Assembly (NCBI GenBank): GCA_002633005.1
Contig: NMRA01000425.1
Span: 12,883-76,882, forward strand
Direction: 5' to 3'
Length of the DNA stretch: 64,000 bases
Source: Phoronis australis
Lineage: Eukaryota; Animalia; Phoronida
The notes under the pieces are model-generated. The model made no database searches. It saw only the letters and a program-made list of their open reading frames with translations, and was not told the origin of the DNA. Positions 52,540-64,000 of this stretch are shown here, piece after piece. Each line of letters starts with the position of its first letter. The first letter of the stretch is position 1. The position numbers and the translations under genes are program-made.

Positions 52540-53140
52540 TTTGTCTACTATAGGTCAATTTACAAACAAATAGTTACTTCTAAACTGTAAAGCGTCTTGA
52601 ATGAATTTTGCTAGACTTTTCAAATTATTTTGGAAGATTTGAGGTAGGGCAGAACTCCGTGGTCGAAAATGAGTATATTTTTCTCAACCTGGTCCTATTT
52701 GAGCTTTGGCGGACCTCTGGGATACCGGCAGACGTAAGTACTCTTCCACACAATAATCGTTTTTAAAAGATTGACATGTATATATGTGCGGTTTTGATTT
52801 CTCAGAGATTATTTTAAACCAGATTGAATCTTCTAACAGGAAACTGAATGTTTTGAAGCTTTCTAAAGACACGAGTTTGCTCATAAAACTTTCAAAAAAT
52901 GGCATTTTTCCATAGTGTTAAATATTGAACTTGACCAATGACTAGAATTCTGATGTTTAAGGTCCCATAGAAAGACTTTTTGCAATTCTTTTTTCATTCA
53001 TTAGAGCTAAACGGTTCCAAAGCCTTAACATATTTTCATGTTGTTTTTAGTGTGAAATTGGCCATCCTGAGTCGCTATAAAGGACTGTATCGGCAGCATG
53101 TACCTGTACACACCTAAAAATATACGTTACATTCTGTTCT
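52540..53140 (-). mobile_element. Degenerate LINE 3' fragment
   Basis: KPHIYTCQSFKNDYCVEEYLRLPVSQRSAKAQ-type C-terminal LINE ORF2 remnant with stops. Confidence 0.5.
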
Positions 53141-53199
53141 ATGTTTGATAAGTCATTGTTCTTGTTTCATTTATCTTACACGACAGCGTTTATGATTTT

Positions 53200-53560
53200 T
53201 TAAAATTTATTTGCCTTTGATGACTGATGTATAGTCGAAGTACCGCTACTGTTTTATTATGATATGTTTTGTACAGAGTTTTATTATATATTTACTCATA
53301 TATATGTGTTCGTGATGCCACTTACACTGGGCGATCTATTATATCAACTACCATCTGATGAAAGACACTTGTGTAGACACTACGAAAGTTTGTTGTACAA
53401 ACTAATTAAAGCAAAGAACAGCTTACATTTCAATGCAACATGTATAAAAGAAGGTCTGTTACCCAAATATTTATATATATATATATATATATGTGTGTAT
53501 GAATATATATTTATATATAATATGTGTGTGCGCGCGCGTGTGTGAGTGTGTGTGTGTCTT
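53200..53560 (+). mobile_element. Penelope-like (Naiad-type) ORF N-terminal fragment ending in a (TA)n/(TG)n microsatellite
   Basis: MPLTLGDLLYQLPSDERHLCRHYESLLYKLIKAKNSLHFNATCIKEGLLPKY runs directly into TA repeats. Confidence 0.5.
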
Positions 53561-53603
53561 GCCGCATACAACATGTCCAGTACAATATAGTATCTGTGAT
53601 TAT

Positions 53604-55105
53604 TCACCTGAGTGGCACTATTGTAAATTTTATTCTGGCACTTACTTGATATATTAGGACGACCTCAGGGAGGCAGGGTCCTTCAGAAACGACCAAAAAG
53701 AAACGCGGTCGACATGCAATCATGCAATTTGTAGATATTAAGCGAACATTTTCCTCCAGAAAATTGTGATTAGCCCCCATTTTTTCGTCAGAAAAGTGTG
53801 ATCTCATTTCATCTAACCTTGATCCGCCGGCATGGAATATCAAGTTTCATAAAGATTCAGTAATTAATTTACCCGCTTCTCAAAAACTGAAACACGATTG
53901 CATTGCTGTCGTACTTGTAACTCCCGACACTTGTCCAGGAGACAGAGGCATAACCACCGAACGTGGTTCCACTCGTTGAATCTTTCCCAATAGAGATGGT
54001 TGCACCCTTATCGTTGCATCGGCCGTGAAATACTGAAGCGTTCATACTGTCACGTGATGCCCGGTACAGGAGCTTGAATGTCCTTTCCGGGAACATGGTC
54101 TGTAGTTAATAGGCTTGAACTAAGAATGGCTCCCATGTTTAAAATTTGAACATATTATACAAAGAAGGTGTCTCATCCATGTGTCCGGGCTGACAGTGCT
54201 ATTGTCGCTCTTAGACTAGTTATAGCCAAACAACAAAAATGGCAGTACCCGAAAAAGAGTTTAAACGATTTTCGTAACACGAACAGCCCAAAATGGGGTC
54301 ACAGTGAAACGTGAAATCTGAGTAGTTTATTCAACAAATCTGGTGTAACTGAAAATATTATTGATAAAACAACAGACATTTAACACTTACTTAATCTAGT
54401 TTATCTATGTTGTGATATGATGGGATTCTGAAAGCACGATTGTGACTAGGTCGTCATGAATCTTACACAGTGAAATATTTCTTCACCTAAAATGCTATTG
54501 AAAAAGACATTTAACGCCAATTGGGATTAATGCCTTTTGCCGAACCTTTTCCATCAGCCCATATGGTGTCACCTTTTTTCAACGGTTCTTGACCAAGGAG
54601 GGATCGCAAACGACTGGAGACCGTAGAATCTACGTGAATTGTTTTCAAGGCGATTCCTTTTCGCGGTTTCCCAATCTACTGAAACGTTGCTAAGTCTGAA
54701 ACACCAATGTTCAAAGTAACGATATTGACTTAGGCAGTAAAGTTTGCGATGACATTTCTCGTTGGCGTGTCACTTCCTTGAGTAACTCGGTAGCATTAGG
54801 TGAAAAGACATTGCGTAATTCCGTGTGAAAGCGATTCTGGTTTTAAGAACCGTTGAATGAAAATCCCGGTTCTTCCGTCGTTCTTCACCGCTTTTGTTTC
54901 GCATTTCTTCAAGCTTTGTTTGAAAGAGAGTTAAGGTTTTCAGAACAGTCCACTGGAAAGTGCAGTTGTTTTTTTCTTCCTCTCTCAGTATAGAGATGAC
55001 GTATTGTTCAAGAACAGATCTCTTTGCGACAGCCGAAGTCGCTTGGAGAGACGCAACGTCATGACACAGCACAACGATGACTATTAGAAGATTAGTGTTG
55101 AACAT
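53604..55105 (-). pseudogene. CTL/TLDc family copy E
   Basis: Exon 1 has two coiled-coil units and is frameshifted; the donor is GC. The TLDc acceptor AG has become AA, there is a 20-nt deletion, and the TLDc is truncated at about 53870. Exon 3 is missing. Confidence 0.85.
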
Positions 55106-57688
55106 TCCTGCAGATGGGTTCATCGACAACACATGTACAGCTAGGCCGTTTCACAACACCAACGACCAACAAATGTTCTCAACTGTACTACATCACTCGA
55201 GATTTTCAAAATGAAAGGAACCAGCATGTAACATCCTTTCATAAGATGAAAGCTTGTGAGATCACCTTCAAGGTGATCTTTTTCTTTTGTCGGAAACATT
55301 GAGATTAGATAAATTCATGAACAGTGCCATATGTTTACATTCAAGATACAGCTGCAGGCATGCGCACACGTATGTCTACCCGTATATAGACATACCTGAG
55401 AGGAGTAACCACTGATTTTTTCATGAAAATACGTGCGTTTCTAAAGCAGCATTCCTAGTAACATGAGTCGCAGAGCTTTTAACTGAATTCCTGCTCCACG
55501 ACGGTGTCCTTATCTTCTCCAAATATGTTAAATTGAAATGAATAACACAGCTAAAACAAAGATAACTCGAAATTTCCGTAGATAGTCTTCGTTATTTGAT
55601 TGTAATCCAACGCACAAATGGCGTAGTGTGAATTTCTCATTTTATAGTCCTGTAACTTAAATTTTAATTAAATTATAGCAGCCAACGAAATGCGTCTTGT
55701 TGCGAAATTCTTTAGAAGTGACAATAACAAAAGCTACTTCAACTTCCATTCCACTCGAAAATTGATTTAAATATTTGAAACTTTTATATGTAAAATGCTC
55801 ATCATGATCTGAGTATTAATATTTTACTGCTTCAGTAATTGGCAAGGCAGGTCAACAGTTCCAACATCCGGACATGACAGACTCCAATCAAGGTGTTTAG
55901 GAATATTTGTGCTACTTTTCCAATCATAGAATTGCTCTTTGAGAAAATGCCCCTTTCCATCGATTGCCTGCAGGCAAGGTTTGATACTTGGTGTATGTCG
56001 ATTCCCTTATACCAGCAGGTTTGACGATGACAATATTTATCATGTCATATCACTGTTGTAAGTCACGGGAAAACAACACACGAAGATCTTGATAGAAGAC
56101 TTAGAAACTAGACTGGTACGTGATATCTTGCATGAATCGTAGGCGAAGATAGGCAAGATTATTTCAGACAACACCGGTTAGATCGCATGAATTGCGCCAA
56201 AACATGTCAGTAAACGACGGAGTCGTTTTTACTGTGCATTTATAGATTTTCGTAAGCTTTCAATGAAATCTTTCACGTGCAGTACACCACACAATGGTGG
56301 TATGCATCCTCAAAAATTACGATGCCTGTTGTTCATTTTCGTTACTTTAAGAGGTATTAAACGCCATACCTCCTCGGGGTCTTCTCACTAGCACGGAATA
56401 TAACTGCTCTTGTGTTATTATGATGGGACTCTGCTGATGTTTCAATTCCACCTTTAGGACAAGACAGAGATGTGTGATCAATCTCTTTTTTCTTTATGAA
56501 TTCAAAAAAATTGTGAAAAAACTAAAAACAAGCAAAGTAAAAAGGAATCCTGTTTTAATGAAACTGCTCGAGGTATGAACTCATATGAGGAGTTGTCATA
56601 GTAATTAAGCTGAAATGTCATCAATCTACTATGACTAGAAGAAGCTTCTTTTCAATATGAATATTGAGGAATGGGTGTAAATTTGAAATTACTAAGACGT
56701 GGTGTTTTGTTCAGGACTTTTAAGGTTAATGTGTTATGGAGAAATCTAGAAAATCGTCCTCTCCGGATGATCATCAATGTTGCCTAACCCCATTCATAAA
56801 AAGCATTCAGATATGATATTTCACTCATTAGATATTTATATGTGTGTCTGTCTGCCTGTCTGTTTGTCTGTCTGTCTGTCTGTGTGTGCGTGCGTGTGTG
56901 TTGTGTGTGTCTTTGTCAGTATTTGGACTTTACAATAACTTAATTCTCCTTTTTCAACATAATGGTATTGCCTACTATTTCTTTCCTAGCTATTTTTCGG
57001 CCATGTTAGTGTACAAAATGATCTCGAATGCATCTCCCCTACAAGTGTATGGACAACCATTGAAAAAACACTTTTTGGACTCGCTATTGATCAGTCACAA
57101 AAAAAACTTGTATTGAATGAGCTGCTCTAAGGTGTGTACCGTTCGCTGGCTCTGTTTCGATAGGGTTTTGAGCTTCCTAGTGAGCCTTTCATTCACACTG
57201 TTGCTTGTACGCCCCTCTTCCCGCCGTCACGTGTATTTCCCTGTATATTTCGCTACGTATATGTTCATTCCGCTTATTGCCTGATTGTGAGATACGCAGT
57301 GTCTAAATATAGTTAGTGTTTCAATTTATTTGTTTGTTATGTTTCTCGGTGTTTTGTTATATAGCTGCACACCTGAAGAAAGAAGATTGTTCCGACACTA
57401 CGAGAGACTTAGTGTCAAGCATTCGAACAAAAAATTTAGACGTGTCTTCAACGAAGTCAGTGCGAATTAAAGAAAACAAAGACTTAAACTTACCGCAAAA
57501 TTTCCCATGTAAGGTATGTCAGCACAGGTGAAATAATGCATGTTCTGAGAACACTGAAAAATGCAAAGGAATATAAGACTTTGAGGCTACAACGTTTCTT
57601 CACAGGACCAGGCGTTGTCATATATTTTCTGCCAGCCATGATCTATACTATCACAATAAAAAAGTATCGATTAACATTAGCATTTCAT

Positions 57689-59931
57689 TTCGTCCAATTT
57701 CACTATTGAATATTACTTACAAACTTTTGTCTGGTTGTATTGCTAGACGCCTAAAAGGCGTCCTCGTACCCCTTATTCACGAGAACCAACAAGGTTTCAT
57801 GAAAGGCAGATATATTGGGGAAAACATAAGAATTTTATATGATGTAATTCAATTCTTAGACTGTAAACCCTTTCCCGGACTCCTGTTAATGATCGATTTT
57901 GAAAAAGCTTTCGACTCGGTCTCCTGGTCTTTCATCCTCAAGGCATTATCATACTTTAACTTTGGCCCAAGGTTCATTGACACGGTCAAAACACTCTACA
58001 ACAAATCTTGTCTCTGTGTTCTCCAACATGGATTTTTCTCTGAATTTTTTGAAATGGGGAGAGGCTGTCGTCAAGGAGACCCCATTTCTCCTTACCTTTT
58101 TTTATTATGTGTAGAAATATTGGGTAATTTAATTCGTCGGGATGGTGGCATCACTGGTGTCAGGATAGGTGTTTCTGAGTTTAAATTGATCCAGTACGCT
58201 GACGACACTTGTTTGATTTTGGACGGTTCTGAGTTATCTCTAAGATCATCTTTGAATTTAATTGACCAATTTGCGAAATTTTCTGGTTTGAAGCCAAACA
58301 TCGAGAAAACAAGATGTGTTTGGATTGGTTCAAAAAAAGACTCTCACGAAAAACTTTGTGTCAATGAGAACCTGTTATGGACCAACAAACCTTTCATGTT
58401 TTTGGGAATTAACTTCTCCACTGATTATAATACAATGCCGGGTATTAACTATAGTTGCAGGTTTTTGGAAATTAAGAAAATGGTGGGCTCTTGGTCAAGA
58501 CGAATTCTTACTGTTTTAGGTAAAATAACCGTGGTTAAGACACTTTTATTGCCCAAGATTGTTCATTTGCTTCAATCCCTCCCTAGCCCCTCCATTGACA
58601 TGATTCAAGAATTAGAGCGAGTTTTTTTTGGCTTCATTTGGAATGGGAAGAATGATAGAGTTAACAGAAATGAAATTGTACAAAATCAGGATCATGGTGG
58701 TCTAAAAATGGTTCATGTTAGTTTTTTTATTAAGTCTTTGAAAATATCGTGGCTTCGTAAACTATTCACCTCAAATACCATACGTGACCTTGCAGAGGCA
58801 GTTTTGGGTTGTAAAGTTGATAACTTTTTTAAAATGGGAGACGCTTTCCTTAAAAAATTAGCTGAAGGCACCGACAATATGTTCTGGAAGGAAGTTTTAA
58901 GCGATGTTGTGCTCCTGTTTCAAATGTGTGACAAAAATGAAAATATTATTTACTCTCCCCTGTGGTATAATTCAAAGATTAAAGTTGGTAAAAAATCTAT
59001 TTTCTACAAGACCTGGTATGAAAGGGGAATCTATCGTGTGTGTGATTTGTTTAATGCTGAAGGTTCTTTTATGTCATACGAACAACTCTGTAATAGTTAT
59101 AACTTTCAACCTCCAATACTAGAATTCTATGGATTAAGAAGTGCAACCTTTGCAGCGTACAGGGGTCTTAAGAATAGACAAGACAACATCTTTTTACCAA
59201 ATTTTCCAAATTATATGTATAAAATTTTACATAATAAATCACAAGCGGTAAATATTTATGACACCTTAGTACAGTCACTTCAGACAGCTTGTAAGTATAA
59301 AAACAAGTGGTCATCTGAGATAGATATAAACGGTGTTATAAATAATGTAAATTTTAGTGACTCTGATTCATGGTGGAGAAAAGTAAATAAACTCCCCTTC
59401 AATTGTACAAAAGATACAAAATTGCGTTGGTTTCAATACCGCTTAATTCACAGAATATTGCCAACTAATAGTTATTTACATAAAATTAAAATAAAAACAA
59501 GTGATTTATGCTCTTTCTGTGGTGAACACAGTGAAACTTTTCTCCATCTGTTTTGGGAATGTCGTCTTGTCTCCGTTTTCTGGCTCCTGTTTACTGACTG
59601 GTTAAAACAAACATATCATGTAAATTTTCATGTGGACAAGATAGCAGTGTTTTTTGGTTTTTTGGGAAACATTCAGTCGGAAAATTGTAATATTAATTTG
59701 CTGATCATGCTAGCAAAAAATTACATATTTAGCCAAAAGTTTGTTAAAAAAAATCTTAATTTCCAATTGTTCATAAACTTTATTAAATTACATCCTGAAG
59801 GAAATACGGTACTTGTTGAGTAATGATTTAATGTTATCTTTTGTAAACGATGTATAGTATATTGTTTGATTCGACTTGTAATTATCATGCTAGAGCAAAA
59901 TAAAAAACTTCAAGTGAAAAAAAAAAAAAAA
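57689..59931 (+). mobile_element. 5'-truncated L1/Tx1-type LINE with uninterrupted RT ORF, poly(A) tail and 16-bp TSD
   Basis: FRPISLLN..., IDFEKAFD, GCRQGDPISPYLF, QYADD and a C-terminal CSFC...HLFWEC. Poly(A) at 59917-59931; TSD aacattagcatttcat at 57673-57688 and 59932-59947. Confidence 0.95.
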
Positions 59932-60639
59932 AACATTAGCATTTCATGAAATTTCAGAGCAGAACCTACTGCAAAGTTCACAACAGAAAGCACAAGGGAG
60001 AATAGTGTTTTTTTTTCAAAACAAATGAAATTGTATGGCTTATTTTTTATTGAGTGTGTTAGGCATGACAGAATACAGTGAATTCAGAAGAACTACTCAT
60101 AAGACTTGCTGATTTCACAAATTTACTCATTTCAGTCTTGTACATTGAGAAATTGTGAGCCAGGTAGTTTATTTACGTTAGAGGCGCATCTAACGATGTC
60201 ATCACCTGAACGTGAAATTAATTCTCCAGGACAGAACAGTTACCAAATTCTAAATAACAAATTACCAGTTGTTATTTATTACTAGGGCATGAATTCTTAA
60301 AACGAATTGCAACTGATGTAGCTGATCACGTGTGAGAGCGATGGAAGTGGGCTTTGGAAATATGAGATGGCAATATGGGTAGTGTGGGAAGAAAGGGAAG
60401 CTTATTGGTGCCAATTCAATGGATACTTACCCTCAAAAATACTTAGTTTGAATTTGCGATGTAACACTATATCTACACTTTTTACAAAAGTATACAGAAT
60501 GACTGATATTAGTGCTAGCTAAACTGCATATTATTCAATAAACGAAAGGAAGACTTCGACACAAAATTTATTCCAGTAGACGCCGTTCGTAATTGTGTTT
60601 ATTACGGTTCTGGAATAGATTTGATTACATGTCTGCTAA

Positions 60640-61140
60640 TCGTTTCACAAAGCAAACAATGTACTGGGACCTCACGAACAAGAAGTACAGGTGGTCAAAA
60701 ACTGTTTTTCAAATTTTACTGAGGTTTATCACATTGAAGATTTTATCAAAAGTGAGCTTGTGATCTGGAAAATGCCAAAATGATTTTTCCGAGTTTATTT
60801 AAGAATGAGCATTTCTAGAGAAAGGAATCCCTGTTTCCTCAATTTACACGTGAAGTGTGAAAGTGGAAACCCGCCATTTTGCTATTATTACTCCGGTTGG
60901 GGGACGTTTGTGTGATTTTTGTATTGCCCCATACTGTAGAAAATGAAATACATTTTCTTTGCCTATGCGATCTCTACACTGATCTCAGACTCGGGTTATT
61001 TACAGAGGTCAAGTTGGTCTACCCTCATTTGGTGAGCTAGAAATTCTGAACCAGTTTGTTTTCTTGATGACTAACACCACTGTGAGTTATCAGTTTTATC
61101 TATGATGTATTTTTCAGGCGAAAAATTGTTATTTACATCT
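60640..61140 (+). mobile_element. Degenerate LINE 3' fragment
   Basis: VENEIHFLCLCDLYTDLR zinc-knuckle remnant. Confidence 0.5.
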
Positions 61141-62059
61141 TAATTAATAATGACTGAGAAGTTTGGTCTGGTTTTCTTTTTGTCACTGTATACGTGTATG
61201 CGTTGCTTATGTTAATTACGTTAAATGAGAGTTCAGGCTCCGAACAAACTTCCAAATATTGATATCTACAAAACAGTCTTGGTTTTAAATTCAACTTTGT
61301 AGTATGGCGGGAACAAGCTGAAGTTACAACTACTTAATAAAACTCCTAACCCTCCGTGACGATTGTCAACGTCAAAACTTGTTTGTATTGTTAATTGGAA
61401 ATTTCCGATCGTTGGGTTCCTGGCGAAAGTTTGTGGCCTCGCTATGTGTCATCCGGGGTATTATCGTTTTACGGGCGAAAAGGCCATTCATGTTGAATGA
61501 GACTTAAATTTAGATAGCCTTAAAGTTATGTAGCTTTGAATGGAGCTACAAAGCAACAAAAGTCGTTGTTTTTGTTGTGATTATGCGGGTTCGAATCGAA
61601 AAGACGTGTCTATCTAGTCGCAGTTCTGTAATTCAAAACTTCGCTGAATGTTGATATTTTCCAGTTTGATTTGAAACGTACTGCAATTTATTGACGGCTT
61701 TGTGTTACATACTTACTGCACTCTCTGCCTCACCGCCTGTTGTGAAACTGTCAACCGTCGCGAAGCCGTTTATCAAATAGAGTTTTAACTGGACACTTTT
61801 ACCTCTAAAAGTACACGTTTCTCCAGTAGGAGATGACTGAGCAATCTTAATGCAGATCCTGGTTAATCTACTTCTTGAGCATGCTGACGTGAGAGTTTGT
61901 TATATCAATCATTACAAAATTTTCCTTTCAAATCGTCATATTCACTATTTTTATTGCATATTTGCCATTGTGTTGTTGACATCAAACGCTAAAGGAAATG
62001 TACATGTACTACTACGTCTAAACATTCAAGTTTGTCATAGAATTGCAATGAATTAAAGT

Positions 62060-62947
62060 CAGCCCAAGCAACTTGGACTTTGCGGGCACCGATTACGCTT
62101 TTGAAGCTGTAATGGGTAGAAATGAAAATTGCAGTTGTAAATTTATACAATAATGTTTTTGATAAGATTTCACAAAGGTTGAAAATTCATTGAATGCTGT
62201 TTTGGGGGGAATCAATGGTACCGTCGATTTTGACAGTAGTGAAAGATTTTCCAGGAATAGAATGTTCAGCTTCAAAAATTAACCAATAAAATGACAAAAC
62301 ATGAATTGTATTCAAGCAGAAGTTTATTTAAGTTTTCACATTTGAATGATCTTTAATAGTACATAAATTTCGTTAGTGTTTTTTTCAACTTTTAATTGCG
62401 TGCAGTTTAAGCCATGTCTTGGGCACCGTTTTATTTCGACTGAAAGTTCACAGATGTAACGTGCTTTGTCGTTGCATCTCTTGGTTTGCAGGTTCTGGGT
62501 ACTGGGATTGACAATCACGGATGCGCTTTCATTTGAAAAAGAGGCAAAATCCACATGCTTGAGTAATACAATAACACTCAGAAGTTTTAATTGCCGATTA
62601 CTTACCTGAAATTACTTCAACTCTTGGTGTTGGGGAAAGAAATTTGTTGTTTGACATTAAAATATATTTAAAATCACAAAATTTTGGTTCTGGAGTAGTA
62701 TTTGTTTTGCCTCGAACAACGTTCTAAGTGCATTAGAGTACCGGTAGGCTATCTGTGATTATTTGCCTGAGTAGCAGTAATGTAAATTTTGTCCAGACAG
62801 TTAATTGACATATTTAAGGAGAAAGGGTTCCACTTCTTCGGAAATGATCAAAACAAAACCAGCGGACCTGCCGTTTCACTGAGATTTGTTGTTGTTACGC
62901 GATCATCTACATTTACAAAATTGTGATTCGTCCCCCATTTTTTGTCA
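62060..62947 (-). pseudogene. CTL/TLDc family copy F (intron 2 and exon 3 only within this window)
   Basis: NESASVIVNPSTQNLQTKRCNDKARYICEL; acceptor AG>AA and first Cys lost; cut at about 62948 by a transposon fragment. Confidence 0.7.
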
Positions 62948-63673
62948 CCAATGTGCAGTGCTGTACCCTCTTTAATAGACCATAGTTGGCTCATTGGCGG
63001 TGGAGCTCTGCAGTTAAAATGTATGGCAGTGCCCGCAGCTCTATTGACAATACGAAATGATGAACGCTGCAAGTGCAAAAAGAACATTTGTGCTGGGAAA
63101 CTGAGTTTGTGCTGCAATGCTGGGTCAAACTGTACAGAAATGTGCAGCTGTGACAACTGTGGTAATATCAACATCATTGACTGCATAGCATTGGATAGTT
63201 CTTTGACAAGACAACACTAAATAGACCTCTAACCCCGTGATTTCGTGTTTTTGTATTAAAAAGTTTTATTTGTTGATTAAGTCATAGAAATTGCATACTT
63301 TGATCATTGTCATGTATTTGTCTCATACTGCTTGCTGCCAGAATAATCTATTATTTTCATACGGTCTATGTGCACATTCACAGAGATCATTCAACTATAT
63401 TGTTTTTGTACTATAACGTATTTCTGGTGTATTATGCAAACAACCTATATTTTACACCATTAGTCAATGGTTCACTCACTGAAGCACAAATTTTGCCCAG
63501 TCTCAAGTGTTTTGTGTTATTTTTGTTGACAGGCAATGCCAGAATAACCTCCTAGTAACATTGAGACTTAGTTTACATTTCTGCCACTAGGTGTCACTTT
63601 ACATTTTTTTACGCTTTTCTTGTCTCTTCTTAGGGGTATTGAATGGGGCTATTCGGAAAATCTACAATAACTA
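62948..63673 (+). mobile_element. DNA transposon 3' end with Cys-rich C-terminus (Academ-like, tentative)
   Basis: HSW...LKCMAVPAA...RCKCKKNIC...CCNAGSNCTEMCSCDNCGN Cys8-type finger; terminal ...ggaaaatctacaataacta. Family assignment is from recall. Confidence 0.4.
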
Positions 63674-64000
63674 GAGGGCGTGCGTGTACTAGTGGTGATA
63701 GATTAACAGCCTCGATTTCGCGAGCCCTTTAAATACATGGTGAAATGGCTTGCAGCCGTGCCAACTGAATCTCAGATTGCGTAAAAAGGGTGCTTCTATG
63801 AGAGGAAGTAAGCACGACCTCAAACAAAGGTAAGGTTTGTGATTATTTTTACGATTATTCCATGATTATTCTACCGATGCCTGTTAACTGAGGCACTCGC
63901 CGATGTCGACTTCGCGGCAGTCAGTCGCCAGCCAGAGTCTGGTTAATCTTTATATATTGTGATATGTGATACGATACTTGACGTAGCAATCGGGATCTTT

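Overview
This is AT-rich, intron-containing animal genomic DNA, probably from a lophotrochozoan such as a mollusc (inferred from TE content and the IFI44-type TLDc; not provable here). Bases 1-4082 hold the last six coding exons of Snurportin-1 (+). Most of the rest is a minus-strand tandem array of one gene family, broken up by many transposons. I can assemble three frame-intact copies (A 6533-8902, B 24909-27545, D 48846-51770) and three broken copies (C, E, F). Each intact copy has three exons joined by phase-1 GT-AG introns. Exon 1 encodes a signal peptide, a variable number of 32-aa coiled-coil repeats and the N-terminal half of a C-type lectin (CTL) fold. Exon 2 is a complete TLDc domain. 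Exon 3 is the C-terminal half of the CTL fold. The predicted secreted protein therefore carries a normally intracellular TLDc domain inside the CTL domain, where the sugar-binding long loop should be, and that TLDc has discrete aromatic-rich variable patches. The splice model was built by hand and needs RNA support. Interspersed elements include Penelope-like elements (one with a minimal hammerhead ribozyme), a decayed Gypsy with both LTRs, Harbinger, a hAT-like MITE, a DIRS-like recombinase fragment and a young L1/Tx1-type LINE with its TSD. Two N-adjacent duplications may be uncollapsed haplotypes.
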